A stretch of 64,000 nt of DNA from assembly GCA_964445905.1 (NCBI GenBank), contig CAYUNN010000003.1, forward strand, positions 69,312 through 133,311. Direction: 5' to 3'. Positions 15,529-26,091 of this stretch are shown in pieces (the stretch's first letter is position 1; each line of letters begins with the position of its first letter). Under the pieces are notes generated by a model. The model was not told the DNA's origin and ran no database searches. It saw only the letters and a list, made by a program, of their open reading frames with translations. A program made the translations under genes and the position numbers. This DNA is from an uncultured Candidatus Saccharibacteria bacterium (lineage in GTDB: Bacteria > Patescibacteriota > Minisyncoccia > Minisyncoccales > JAGGXC01).

Positions 15529-16734
15529 ATGTATAAAAGAAAAAATAATCAAAATAGAAACAAAAACTTCAGGACTGGAAAATTTAGTTCTCACAGAAGA
15601 AATGGTCGTTCGCCACGTAAATTTCAAGGTGAACGAATTGATGCGTCTAAATATATTCAAAAACCGGCACAGAATAATCCCTTGGAAGAATATAAGCCGA
15701 AAAATGTTTTTCGGGATTTTGGATTTTGTCAAAAACTTCAGATCAATCTAGAACAGAGAAAATATTCTGTCCTGACTCCTGTTCAAGACCAGTCTATCGG
15801 GCCGATTTTAAAGGGACGTGATTTAATTGGCTTAGCTAATACGGGAACTGGGAAAACAGCAGCTTTTTTGCTTCCCCTAATTGATAGAGCTTATAAGAAT
15901 AAACAAGAAAGAATATTAATTATTGCTCCAACAAGAGAATTAGCTATTCAGACAGACAAAGAATTCCGTGCTTTTGCTAAAAATATGAATTTGTATTCTG
16001 CTATTTGTGTTGGTGGAAATCCTATTCGTAAGCAAATTTTCGATTTGAGACGCAATCCGAATTTTGTCGTTGGAACACCGGGGAGGTTAAAAGATCTGTC
16101 TAATAAAAAACTTCTTAGGTTTAGTTCTTTCCGAACTATTGTTCTCGATGAAGTGGATCGGATGTTAGACATGGGATTTATTAACGATATTACTGCTATT
16201 TTAAATTCTCTTCCTCGAGAAAGACAAACTTTGTTTTTTTCAGCTACTTTACCTGAGAAGATCAAAGGTTTGGCTAGCCAATTTTTAAAAGAAGCTGTTG
16301 TAGTACAAGTTAAGACAAGAGATACGGCTGCCAATGTATCCCAAGACATCGTCAGAGTTAAAAATAAACTTGAAAAGTTTGATAAGCTTAAAGATTTATT
16401 AAACAAGCCAGAGTTTACCAAGGTGTTAATCTTTACTGAAACTAAAAGGGATGTTGAAAAGCTTTCGGTCAGCCTTTTTAAAGAAGGTTATAAATCGACC
16501 TCAATTCACGGTGATAAAAGACAAAGTCAAAGACAAAAATCATTATCGGCATTTCGGAACGACCAATGTAAAATATTGGTAGCTACCGATGTGGCTGCGC
16601 GCGGTCTTGACATTAATAATATTTCTCATGTTATTAATTACACAGTACCTCGAACTTATAATGACTATATTCATCGGATTGGCCGCACAGGAAGAGCTTT
16701 AAAATTTGGTCAAGCTTTGACTTTTATTGATTAA
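15529..16734 (+). CDS. DEAD-box RNA helicase (DEVD variant)
   Basis: Q motif, GTGKT, PTRELA, TPGRL, DEVD, SAT, ARGLD, HRIGRTGR. Confidence 0.95.
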   Translation: MYKRKNNQNRNKNFRTGKFSSHRRNGRSPRKFQGERIDASKYIQKPAQNNPLEEYKPKNVFRDFGFCQKLQINLEQRKYSVLTPVQDQSIGPILKGRDLIGLANTGTGKTAAFLLPLIDRAYKNKQERILIIAPTRELAIQTDKEFRAFAKNMNLYSAICVGGNPIRKQIFDLRRNPNFVVGTPGRLKDLSNKKLLRFSSFRTIVLDEVDRMLDMGFINDITAILNSLPRERQTLFFSATLPEKIKGLASQFLKEAVVVQVKTRDTAANVSQDIVRVKNKLEKFDKLKDLLNKPEFTKVLIFTETKRDVEKLSVSLFKEGYKSTSIHGDKRQSQRQKSLSAFRNDQCKILVATDVAARGLDINNISHVINYTVPRTYNDYIHRIGRTGRALKFGQALTFID

Positions 16735-18529
16735 AAATTCTATGGAGATAAGAAACATTGCCATTATTGCTCACGTTGATCACGGTAAAACAGCCCTTAC
16801 TGACGCTTTAATGCGCCAAACGGGCATGTCCGAAGTTGAAGACAGCATGGACAGCAATACTCTTGAACAGGAAAGGGGAATAACAATTTATTCAAAAAAC
16901 ACCTCTATCTATTATAAAGATACAAAAATAAATATTGTGGATACACCGGGTCATGCTGATTTTGGTTCGGAAGTAGAACGTGTTTTACGTTCAATCGATT
17001 CAGTGCTTTTGGTGGTTGATGCCCAAGAAGGACCGATGCCTCAAACAAAATTTGTTTTAAAAAAATCTCTTGATTTAGGTTTAAAGCCAATCGTGGTGAT
17101 CAATAAAATTGATAAATCGGCCGCGAGAACTGACATTGTCCAAGAAATGGTTTATGAACTTTTTCTTGATCTGAAAGCGAATGACGAACAGCTTGATTTT
17201 ACTACAATTTATGCGATTGCCAGAAATGGCATTGCAAAAAAAGATTTAGACGACGACTCTATTAATTTGAATCCTCTTTTGGAGACGATCTTAAAAGAAG
17301 TTCCGGTTGCTTCGAGAAAGGAAGCAAAGAATAGATCCTTGCGTATCCAGCCTTTTAATCTAGCCTATGATAACTTTTTAGGAAGGTTGGCCATTGGTAG
17401 AATTTATGACGGAGAAATAAAAGACACTTCTACGGTAATTATTAAAAATTCTAAGGGAGAAATTCGAGAAGGAAAAATTTCAAAGTTGTTTACTTTTGAA
17501 GGATTAAAAAGAAAAGAAATATTATCGGCGGCGGCCGGAGACATTGTGATGATTGCTGGCTTGCCGGATATATTTATTGGGGAAACTATTTGTGAAAGTG
17601 AAGATCAGGAGGCTCTTCCGATGATTAATATCGACGAACCGACAATTTCATTAAATATGTCCGTCAACAGTTCTCCTTTTGCCGGTAAAGACGGAAAATA
17701 CGTAACTAGTAGGCAAATAAGAGAAAGACTGGAAAGGGAATTAGAAGTTAACGTTGGCTTAAAAATTGATTTCTCTTTTGATAATTATTATAAAATATAT
17801 GGTAGAGGCGAGATGCACCTTGCAATTTTATTAGAAAATATGCGTCGTGAAAATTATGAAATACAAATTTCTCAGCCTCACGTAATTATCAAAGAAGAAA
17901 ACGGAATAAAGTACGAACCTTTTGAGGAAGTAATTATTACCGTTCCAGAAGAAATGTCTGGCATTATTATTAAAAAGCTTTCTCTTCGGCGTGGGAATAT
18001 GATTGAAATGGTTCCAGAGGGCGGCAGTGCGAGGATTGTGTTTGAAATTCCAACTAGAGGATTGTTAGGATATAAAAATGAATTTGTAATTGACACTCAA
18101 GGAGAAGGAATTATTTGTACCAGAGCTATTGGATTTAAGCCATATGCTGGAAAGATTGAAAGGCATAGTTTAGGATCAATGATTTCTATGGCGACCGGAA
18201 AAACTCTTGGTTTTTCCCTTTTTAATCTTCAGAACAGAGGAGCTTTATATGTAGGTCCCAGCACGGAAGTTTACGAAGGTATGGTTATTGGAAACTCATC
18301 TAAGGGGAACGATTTAGTTGTAAATCCGACCAAAGGAAAGCAGCTAACTAATATGCGGGCGTCAAAATCTGACGAAGCTATTTGTTTAACGCCACCGACA
18401 GAACTAACCCTTGAGATGGGTATGAGTATTGTGAGCGAAGATGAATATTTAGAAATTACACCAAATCATATTCGTTTAAGAAAAAAGTTTCTGACCGAGA
18501 ACGAAAGAAAGAAACAAAGAAAAGATTAG
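16727..18529 (+). CDS. typA: Translational GTPase TypA/BipA
   Basis: AHVDHGKT, DTPGHADF, NKID, KQLTNMRA, EITP..IRLRK; start probably the Met at 16742. Confidence 0.97.
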   Translation: MIKNSMEIRNIAIIAHVDHGKTALTDALMRQTGMSEVEDSMDSNTLEQERGITIYSKNTSIYYKDTKINIVDTPGHADFGSEVERVLRSIDSVLLVVDAQEGPMPQTKFVLKKSLDLGLKPIVVINKIDKSAARTDIVQEMVYELFLDLKANDEQLDFTTIYAIARNGIAKKDLDDDSINLNPLLETILKEVPVASRKEAKNRSLRIQPFNLAYDNFLGRLAIGRIYDGEIKDTSTVIIKNSKGEIREGKISKLFTFEGLKRKEILSAAAGDIVMIAGLPDIFIGETICESEDQEALPMINIDEPTISLNMSVNSSPFAGKDGKYVTSRQIRERLERELEVNVGLKIDFSFDNYYKIYGRGEMHLAILLENMRRENYEIQISQPHVIIKEENGIKYEPFEEVIITVPEEMSGIIIKKLSLRRGNMIEMVPEGGSARIVFEIPTRGLLGYKNEFVIDTQGEGIICTRAIGFKPYAGKIERHSLGSMISMATGKTLGFSLFNLQNRGALYVGPSTEVYEGMVIGNSSKGNDLVVNPTKGKQLTNMRASKSDEAICLTPPTELTLEMGMSIVSEDEYLEITPNHIRLRKKFLTENERKKQRKD

Positions 18530-18675
18530 CTGCTTTTATTAGTCATTATTGATTTCACATAAGACGTAGTGCCAAAGGGATCATTTTTAATAATGGTTTG
18601 TTTTGTTGTAATCAAAACTAGACAACAAGACGATATTAAAATATAATTTATATATTAAGTAAATATCTAAAATAA

Positions 18676-19536
18676 ATGGCTTGTTTTTATTATTTACGCA
18701 TGTTTAGACTTAAAGATTGGGTGCTAGGATTTTTCTGGGTTCCAATTATAGGAGCTGTTTTGGTTTCTTCTTCTCTGAGGATTATTTTTTTTGTTGCGTT
18801 AATTTCTTTTTCTACATTAGCTTATGGTTTTATTATAAATAACTACTTTGACGTAGAAATTGACAAAAAGAACAGGAATAAAATTAAAACGAAAAAAAAC
18901 CCGCTTGCTCAGGGACTTGTAACTCAAAGAGGCACTATATTTATTATTGGGTTTTTATTATTTCTTCCTCTTGTTTTAGCCATGAGAATAAACTTTGCCG
19001 GTTTCTTTTTTGTGGCAATGAGCGTCATTGCTTCTACTCTTTATTCGATAAAAAATATTCGGCTTAAAGAAAGGCCAGGAATAGATATAATTACTCACGG
19101 ACTAATGGGTGGTTTTTTTCCTTTTTTATTCGGAGTGACTTTAGCCGGAGGAACCATTGATTCGAAATTTTTACTTCTTGGATTATTGTTTTTACTTTTG
19201 AACTGCAATGGTCTTTTGTCTCATCAGATAATTGATTATGAAGAAGATTTGGGCAATACGAAAGGTACAGTAATAAAAATTGGCCGGAAGATAAGTTTTG
19301 CTTTTTTGATTTTAATTCAAATTATTTTTTTCTTTCTTTTTGCAATAATATTCAGACACCTTCTTGTTAACATATGGATTTATTCTTTATTTGTATTTTT
19401 ATTGTTCTGGATTCCCCTAGATTGTGTCAGGAGAGCCATTAAGGCGTCTAATCAATTAACGGTCAGGACTCCCAAAAGAAAGGAAATTAAAGATTTTCTT
19501 CAAAGAAAATTAAGATTAATTTTTAAATATTTTTAG
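18676..19536 (+). CDS. UbiA-family prenyltransferase
   Basis: NNYFDVEIDK and QIIDYEED aspartate-rich motifs; multiple TM helices. Confidence 0.85.
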   Translation: MACFYYLRMFRLKDWVLGFFWVPIIGAVLVSSSLRIIFFVALISFSTLAYGFIINNYFDVEIDKKNRNKIKTKKNPLAQGLVTQRGTIFIIGFLLFLPLVLAMRINFAGFFFVAMSVIASTLYSIKNIRLKERPGIDIITHGLMGGFFPFLFGVTLAGGTIDSKFLLLGLLFLLLNCNGLLSHQIIDYEEDLGNTKGTVIKIGRKISFAFLILIQIIFFFLFAIIFRHLLVNIWIYSLFVFLLFWIPLDCVRRAIKASNQLTVRTPKRKEIKDFLQRKLRLIFKYF

Positions 19537-19655
19537 GTTCAATATTTTCTAAATCTTATCTAATATTTTTCTCAATTTAGATTAAGTCTTAATCATCTTC
19601 TCATGGAGATGATTTTTTGGTAGGATAATAAAACAAAACAAATTTTAAGATAACT

Positions 19656-20129
19656 ATGTTAAATAAAAGAAAAGGTTTTACGTTAATTGAATTATTAGTT
19701 GTTATTGCGATTATTGGTGTTTTAGCTTCTGTAGTGTTAGTCTCTTTGGGCGGAGCAAGGGCTAAAGCTAGAAATTCCAGAAGATATTCAGATATGAGAC
19801 AATTAATTACTGCTCTGGAATTATATTAGAATGAAAATGGATATTATGTTACTAGTAGTTCTTCTCTCTACGGTCTTCCTTCTATCGGAGAATATTTAAA
19901 TCCAGCTCCAACCGATCCCTTGCATCCTGACAGGGATTATATATGGATAAAAAATGATTATGATTGTTCTGCCCCGGAGTTAAAAGAGGGTGAGTGGTAT
20001 TGTGTTTTTGCAATTTTAGAAGATGTGTCCTCGAATCTTATTATAGCTAGTCCTTATGGGCTAAAAATACATTTCTTAGGTCCTGACATGGATGTGTGTC
20101 ATCAATGTTTGAGGATAGGATCTTATTAA
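19656..20129 (+). pseudogene. Type IV pilin-like gene interrupted by one in-frame TAG
   Basis: MLNKRKG|[20 protein letters not shown]...ALELY*NENGYY. TAG at 19827-19829; the frame stays open to 20129. Confidence 0.85.
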
Positions 20130-20256
20130 ATAGTTTTTTACATTTTTTATAAAATATTATAAAAAATTAGTATCTTATTTTTTTATTTGATATTTAATAT
20201 TGTGCTTGCTATAATTTTAATTGAATAAAAGGATTAACATAAATTAAAGTCTGAAG

Positions 20257-20664
20257 ATGAACAAAAAAATATTGACTATTGTGATAGCAGTAATTGCAAT
20301 AATAGTAATTTCTATTGCAGTTTATTTTATTCAAAATAGAGAAAATGAAACTATCGTCAATAACGGAAAAGAGACGAATGATTTCAATAACGGAGAAGAG
20401 ATGAATGATTTAGTTCAGTGCTTGGCTGACGCAGACGTGACTATATATGGCACTAAAACTTGTCCTGCTTGCGCTTCTTTTATAGGCAGCTTTGGCGGAT
20501 ACGATGCAGTAGGGCCGATTTACGTAGATTGCAATGAAGAAAGAGAGAGGTGTGGCGAGGAAATGAAAACTAATTATATCCCTGAGGTTCAAATAAAGGG
20601 AGAGCTTTACAAGGGATTAAGAAGTCCCGAGGGCATTGCAGAAGAAGTTGGATGTAAAAAATAA
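20257..20664 (+). CDS. Membrane-anchored thioredoxin/glutaredoxin-like protein
   Basis: N-terminal TM; YGTKTCPAC; YIP cis-Pro motif. Confidence 0.8.
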   Translation: MNKKILTIVIAVIAIIVISIAVYFIQNRENETIVNNGKETNDFNNGEEMNDLVQCLADADVTIYGTKTCPACASFIGSFGGYDAVGPIYVDCNEERERCGEEMKTNYIPEVQIKGELYKGLRSPEGIAEEVGCKK

Positions 20665-20677
20665 AAAATCGCAGAGC

Positions 20678-21817
20678 ATGTTTAAAAAAATAACAAAACT
20701 TTTTTTATTAACAGCTATCCTGTTTTTATCTTTTGGAGGAATAGTCTTTGCAGAAACAGATGTTAATGGCGAAGAAGAAAAAGTCGTTATATATTTGTTT
20801 GATGACAGATTATGTCCGGTATGTAAAGACGCAAAAGATTTTATTCAGGGGATTCAAAATGATTATCCTCAAGTCGAGCTAAGGGTTTATCCTGTAACTG
20901 ATACGGAAAAATTAAATGAAATAGCTAGGGAACACGGAATAAATGATTACAGGATAATGGCTCCCACTATTTTTATCGGTGATTACTTTTTTCAGTTTAG
21001 AGATTTTACCTCAAGAAGTGAAGAAATGATTCTCGGTGCCATTGAAGGAAAAGTAGTCAAAGAAGACTGCTGTATAATAAAGATTCCTTTTTTAAATATC
21101 GAGGTTGATATAAGCAACTGGTCCTTGCCGTTTATAGCAATGCTTCTTGGGTCTATAGATGGACTCAATGTTTGCTCCATAGGGGCACTAATTTTAATTT
21201 TATCCATTGTTCTTGTTTTTAAATCTAAAAAGAAGGTATTTTTCTTCGGGGGCCTTTTTATCTTTACTTCAGTTGTTGTTTACGGAACCCTAGTTTTTAT
21301 ATGGGGTCAGCTTTTTGAAAAATTAATTGGTCATTTAGAAATATTAAGAACAATAATCGGATTTGCTGTTTTAGGGGGAGCTATTTATTTTTTCAAAGAA
21401 TTTTATAGATTTTTTAAGTATGGGCCAACATGTAAGTCTTCAGATTCTGTCTTAATTAAAAAAGCAACAGAGAAATTACAAAAAGCATTTGAAAGAAAAG
21501 GTCAAAGCACATTGCTTCTCGTGGTGGCAGTTGTTTCCTTTGCTTTTGTTATTACTATTGTTGAGCTTCCTTGCTCCATTGGCATTCCTATTGCTTTTTC
21601 GGGAATACTTGTTGAGGCAGGAATTACATCAGCTTCTTTTTTCTTTTATATTCTTCTTTACCTTTTCTTTTATATGTTAATTGAGCTTATTATTTTTATT
21701 GGTGCGGTATTTACAAAGCAAATTTGGCTTGCTGGATCAAAGGCAATTACCTGGATTACTTTTGCTGGCTCAATGATCCTATTCTTTCTTGCATTTTATT
21801 ACTTAATTGGTTTTTAG
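20678..21817 (+). CDS. Glutaredoxin domain + DsbD/CcdA-like membrane domain protein
   Basis: Signal peptide, CPVC, DGLNVCS and ELPCS membrane Cys motifs; ATG 20678 preferred as start. Confidence 0.8.
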   Translation: MFKKITKLFLLTAILFLSFGGIVFAETDVNGEEEKVVIYLFDDRLCPVCKDAKDFIQGIQNDYPQVELRVYPVTDTEKLNEIAREHGINDYRIMAPTIFIGDYFFQFRDFTSRSEEMILGAIEGKVVKEDCCIIKIPFLNIEVDISNWSLPFIAMLLGSIDGLNVCSIGALILILSIVLVFKSKKKVFFFGGLFIFTSVVVYGTLVFIWGQLFEKLIGHLEILRTIIGFAVLGGAIYFFKEFYRFFKYGPTCKSSDSVLIKKATEKLQKAFERKGQSTLLLVVAVVSFAFVITIVELPCSIGIPIAFSGILVEAGITSASFFFYILLYLFFYMLIELIIFIGAVFTKQIWLAGSKAITWITFAGSMILFFLAFYYLIGF

Positions 21818-21939
21818 TTTTCGGCAAAAAATTATAAAAAGATTAAGAAAACAACGTTTTCAGAAAGAGAATGTTGTTTTTTTAATTTTTAGCGAATCTT
21901 TTTCAAGCCTTCATTTTATGGTAAGATAAAATAAAAAGT

Positions 21940-22644
21940 ATGGTAGAAAAAAGTAAAAAAATAAGAGAAAGAAATTTGTATCCAGATCCTGAATTACCGC
22001 CAACCAAAGAAGATTTTAGGGAAACATTTCAATGGAAGATATTTAGGATTATGGCAGAATTTATTGATGGGTATCATTTTCTTGCTGACCTTAAAAAAAC
22101 TATTACTATTTTCGGTTCAAGTAGTTTTCTTCCTAATAATCATTATTACAAAGAATCAAGGAAACTAGGAAATCTTTTAGCTAAAAAAGGATATACCGTA
22201 ATTACTGGTGGAGGGCCAGGCATTATGGAAGCGGCTAATCGTGGTGCCTTTGAGGTAGGAGGAAAATCGGTGGGTATAAACATCCAACTTCCCGAAGGGC
22301 AGAGAATGAACACTTATATTAATAGTTCAATTGGTTTTAATCACTTCTTTACCAGAAAAGTGATGCTTTCTTTTTCTTCAGAAGCTTATGTCTTTTTTCC
22401 TGGTGGATTTGGTACTCTAGATGAATTTTTTGAAATGATTACCTTGGTTCAAACGAACAAGTTAGCAAGGAAGGTTCCTATTATTGCTGTAGGAAAAGAT
22501 TATTGGCAGTATTTATTTAAATTTCTTGAATCAGAAGTTTATTTAAAGCATAAGGCAATTAAAAAAGAAAATTTAGACATATTCCAATTGGTTGACTCTG
22601 CGGAAGACGTAATGGGAAAAATTACAGCCAAGAAGAAAAGATAG
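21940..22644 (+). CDS. LOG-family (TIGR00730-like) protein
   Basis: ITGGGPGIMEAANRGA and PGGFGTLDE motifs. Confidence 0.92.
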   Translation: MVEKSKKIRERNLYPDPELPPTKEDFRETFQWKIFRIMAEFIDGYHFLADLKKTITIFGSSSFLPNNHYYKESRKLGNLLAKKGYTVITGGGPGIMEAANRGAFEVGGKSVGINIQLPEGQRMNTYINSSIGFNHFFTRKVMLSFSSEAYVFFPGGFGTLDEFFEMITLVQTNKLARKVPIIAVGKDYWQYLFKFLESEVYLKHKAIKKENLDIFQLVDSAEDVMGKITAKKKR

Positions 22645-22733
22645 TTTTTAAAATGATCGTTCTTGGTTTTTTCTTTGCTTGCGATCAGAATTTAAATTTT
22701 TGAAGTGAGCACAAAGATAATAAAAATTAAGAT

Positions 22734-25382
22734 ATGCAAAATTTAAACAGGAATTGGCATAATTTAGAAATAAAAGAGGTTTTAAAAACTCTTAATGTTG
22801 GTTTTGAAACAGGATTATTGGAAAAAGAAGTAATTAAAAGAAGGAAAGCTTATGGGTCCAATGAATTACCTGAAGAAAAACGCCTGTCTAAACTTCAAAT
22901 ATTTTTAGAGCAATTTAAAAGTCCTTTGATTTATGTTTTAGTTGTTGCTGGTTCCGTAACTCTATTTTTGCATGATTATACCGATACTATTATTATTTAC
23001 GGTGCCGTTTTGCTTAATGTTTTTATCGGATTTTTTCAAGAGAATAAAACATCAAAAACCTTACAAGAATTGAAAAAGGTAGTTAAATATACGGCAGAAG
23101 TTAGAAGAGATGGTAATTTTGAAATAGTAGATTCTTCTGAATTAGTTCCCGGAGATATTATCGTTTTAAATCCAGGGGACAAAGTACCTGCCGATGCGCG
23201 TGTTTTAAAAAGTCACGAACTAAAAATTAATGAAATGGCTTTAACCGGAGAATGGTTGTCATCAACAAAAGAAAAAGGGATTTTAGAAGAAGACACGCCC
23301 TTAGCAGACAGAGAGAATATGGTTTATATGGGAACTATAGCAGAAGAAGGAAAAGCCATGGCAGTAGTTGTTGCTACCGGTATCAATACTGAGATTGGCA
23401 GAATAGCTGGAACATTAAGAGGGGTCAAGGAAGAAAAAACATCGTATCAGAAAAAACTAGCCAGATTTGCTAAAGTGCTTGGAAGTATTATTGTTTTTAT
23501 TTCTTTCTTTATTTTTTTATTCGGCATAATTGGAGAAAGAGAGTTCGTTGAAATGTTTACTATTACGGTAGCTTTGGCGGTAGCAGCAATTCCCGAAGGA
23601 CTCCCGGTTGCCACAACAGTAGTTTTTACTTTCGGAATGAGAGAGATTCTTAAAAAGAAAGGACTGGTTAAAAAATTAGTGGCTGCTGAAACTCTTGGTA
23701 GCACTTCAGTGATTTGTGCAGATAAAACAGGAACATTAACAGAAGGCAAAATGGAGGTGGCAAAAATCTTTTCTCCTTATGAAATTCTTTATTATAAAAA
23801 TTCTCAAGATAAAGCTCATATTTTAGCTCTGAAGATTTCTGCCTTGAATAGCGAAGCATTTATAGAGAATGTTAATAAGCCTATTGAAAAGTGGGTTGCA
23901 AGAGGAAGGCCTACAGACAGAGCGTTGCTAGTTGCTGCCACTCAAGCAGGAATTAATAAGAAAGAAATAGAATCAAAGGAATTAAAAATTGACGAGATTT
24001 TATTTAAATCTAAAAATAAATATTCAGCAACTCTTTATCAATCTCAGGAAAAAGATAAGTTTCTTTATCTAATGGGAGCTCCGGAAATAATCTTAGAAAA
24101 ATCGAAATTTTTCCAATTTAAAGATGAAAAGAAAAAAATTGATTCGGAAAGTCTTAAAAAATTACGGGAAAAATACATCGAGCTAATGTCCCAAGGATTT
24201 AGGGTAATAGCTGTTTCTTATAAAAAGGATAATGAGATAGGAGATAAATTAAGCGAAGAGAATTTAGAGGACGTAGTTTTTGTCGGCCTTATTGCCTTAC
24301 ATGATCCTATTAGAAAAGAAACTCATAATGCTATTAATACTTGTCGTGAGGCTGGAATGAGACCCATTATTATTACTGGCGATCATAAGCTAACAGCTAA
24401 AGCTGTAGCTGAAAAAATAGGATTTAAGGTAGAGGAGAAAAATATTTTAGAAGGGAAAGAACTAGAAAAGCTTTCTGATGAAGAATTTCAAAAGATTTTA
24501 AAAGATATTCATATTTATGCAAGAATCGCCCCGGAACAAAAATTAAGAATTGTTCAGGCGTGGCAAGAGGCTGGTGAAGTAGTGGCTATGACTGGGGATG
24601 GGGTCAATGACGCCCCTGCTCTTAGAAAGGCTAATATTGGTGTAGCCTTGGGTTCAGGCACAGAAGTAGCAAAAGAAGCGTCTGACTTAACGCTTCTTTC
24701 AGACGATTTTGGAGTAATTATTGTTGCGATAGAAGAGGGCAGAAGAATTATTGACAATATTAGAAAAATTATTACTTATTTGCTGGCGGGCGGATTTGGT
24801 GAAATAATGTTAGTTTCTTTAGCCGTTATTTTCCAAATGCCTTTGCCTGTTTTAGCAGGGCAGATTTTATGGAAAAATCTTATCGAAAGTACACCGCCAG
24901 CGATGGCCTTGACCTTTGAAGAAAAAGAAAAAGATATTATGAAAAGAAAGCCAGAACCACTGCATCTTCCCTTATTTACAGGAGAGATGAAAGCTTTAAC
25001 TTTGATTATTGGAGTGGGAACGGGCATTATTCGTTTTGGTTTATTTTTATGGCTTTTAAGGATAGGGATTCCCATAGATCAAATTCGTACTATAATTTTT
25101 GCTAGCCTGGCAATTGATTCATTTTTATTTATTTTTTCTTGTCGTAGTTTAAGAAGGAATATTTGGCATTATAATCCATTTTCCAATATCCATGTCCTCT
25201 TTACCATATTAATAGCTTTCTTTGTTTTGCTAGCAAGTATTTATTTGCCGCCATTACAGCACGTTTTACAAACAGCTCCCCTGGGAATTTTTGGCTGGCT
25301 GGTAGTTTTCGGTTTTGGTTTGCTTGTTTTTGCATCAATTGAACTTGCAAAATACTGGTTTATAGTAAAACATAAGGTTTAG
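22734..25382 (+). CDS. Cation-transporting P-type ATPase (type II, Ca2+-like)
   Basis: LTGE, PEGLP, DKTGTLT, TGD and MTGDGVNDAPAL motifs. Confidence 0.95.
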   Translation: MQNLNRNWHNLEIKEVLKTLNVGFETGLLEKEVIKRRKAYGSNELPEEKRLSKLQIFLEQFKSPLIYVLVVAGSVTLFLHDYTDTIIIYGAVLLNVFIGFFQENKTSKTLQELKKVVKYTAEVRRDGNFEIVDSSELVPGDIIVLNPGDKVPADARVLKSHELKINEMALTGEWLSSTKEKGILEEDTPLADRENMVYMGTIAEEGKAMAVVVATGINTEIGRIAGTLRGVKEEKTSYQKKLARFAKVLGSIIVFISFFIFLFGIIGEREFVEMFTITVALAVAAIPEGLPVATTVVFTFGMREILKKKGLVKKLVAAETLGSTSVICADKTGTLTEGKMEVAKIFSPYEILYYKNSQDKAHILALKISALNSEAFIENVNKPIEKWVARGRPTDRALLVAATQAGINKKEIESKELKIDEILFKSKNKYSATLYQSQEKDKFLYLMGAPEIILEKSKFFQFKDEKKKIDSESLKKLREKYIELMSQGFRVIAVSYKKDNEIGDKLSEENLEDVVFVGLIALHDPIRKETHNAINTCREAGMRPIIITGDHKLTAKAVAEKIGFKVEEKNILEGKELEKLSDEEFQKILKDIHIYARIAPEQKLRIVQAWQEAGEVVAMTGDGVNDAPALRKANIGVALGSGTEVAKEASDLTLLSDDFGVIIVAIEEGRRIIDNIRKIITYLLAGGFGEIMLVSLAVIFQMPLPVLAGQILWKNLIESTPPAMALTFEEKEKDIMKRKPEPLHLPLFTGEMKALTLIIGVGTGIIRFGLFLWLLRIGIPIDQIRTIIFASLAIDSFLFIFSCRSLRRNIWHYNPFSNIHVLFTILIAFFVLLASIYLPPLQHVLQTAPLGIFGWLVVFGFGLLVFASIELAKYWFIVKHKV

Positions 25383-25589
25383 CATTCTTTTGTTTTTTAA
25401 TCAGAGAAAGCGGTATTTTAAAATCATTGACATATTTTTAACTAAAAACATATTAATAGCAAGTTCTTAATATTAATAGGGTTGCTTATATTAATTATCT
25501 TTTAATACGGATAAGGAAAAGCCTAAATTAGAAAATAAAGAAAAATTGGCGCTGACAAGGCGCTTTTGTATTTATTGCACTAAACCCTG

Positions 25590-25618
25590 TTGACATTATT
25601 TTAATAATGATATACACT
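25590..25618 (+). promoter_or_regulatory. Sigma70 promoter for the RRM gene
   Basis: TTGACA (25590-25595), 17-bp spacer, TACACT (25613-25618). Confidence 0.6.
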
Positions 25619-25734
25619 TGTTTCTAGTGTAAGCAAGCTTTTCTTATCTTTTCCTTCTAAAAATAGGTAGGCCAAAAGATAGAATAAAGTTCATTTAGGT
25701 CGGCTTACCTTACAATTTAAAATTTATTCAGAAA

Positions 25735-25995
25735 ATGGAAAACAAATTGTTTGTTGGTAATATGCCATATAATACCAACGAAGAAGCTTTGAAAGAGTTG
25801 TTTTCCCAAGCAGGAACCGTTGAATCTGTAAGTATTATTACAGACAGAAATTCTGGCAGATCAAAAGGTTTCGGTTTTGTGGAAATGTCAACTGAGGAAG
25901 AAGCAAAAAAAGCTATAGAGATATTAAATGAAAAAGATTTCGAAGGAAGAAATCTTGTAGTTAATATAGCTCGTCCTCGTAAAGAAAGAAGCTAA
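25735..25995 (+). CDS. RRM RNA-binding protein
   Basis: RNP2 LFVGNM and RNP1 KGFGFVEM. Confidence 0.95.
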   Translation: MENKLFVGNMPYNTNEEALKELFSQAGTVESVSIITDRNSGRSKGFGFVEMSTEEEAKKAIEILNEKDFEGRNLVVNIARPRKERS

Positions 25996-25999
25996 ATCA

Positions 26000-26040
26000 A
26001 AAAGCAAAGCTCCTCTGACAAAGAGGAGCTTTTGCTTTTT
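26000..26040 (+). terminator. Intrinsic terminator
   Basis: AAAGCTCCTCT-GACAA-AGAGGAGCTTT followed by a T-rich tail. Confidence 0.8.
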
Positions 26041-26091
26041 AAAGTTGACAAATTGTCTATTTTTTATAATAAAGGAAGAGGAGGATAAAAA

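Noticed and set aside
19827-19829. Stop-codon reassignment (TAG, or TGA as in code 25)
   Set aside because: TAG and TGA end many intact genes here (typA, rpsG and fusA with TAG; the pilins with TGA), and long genes are uninterrupted under code 11.
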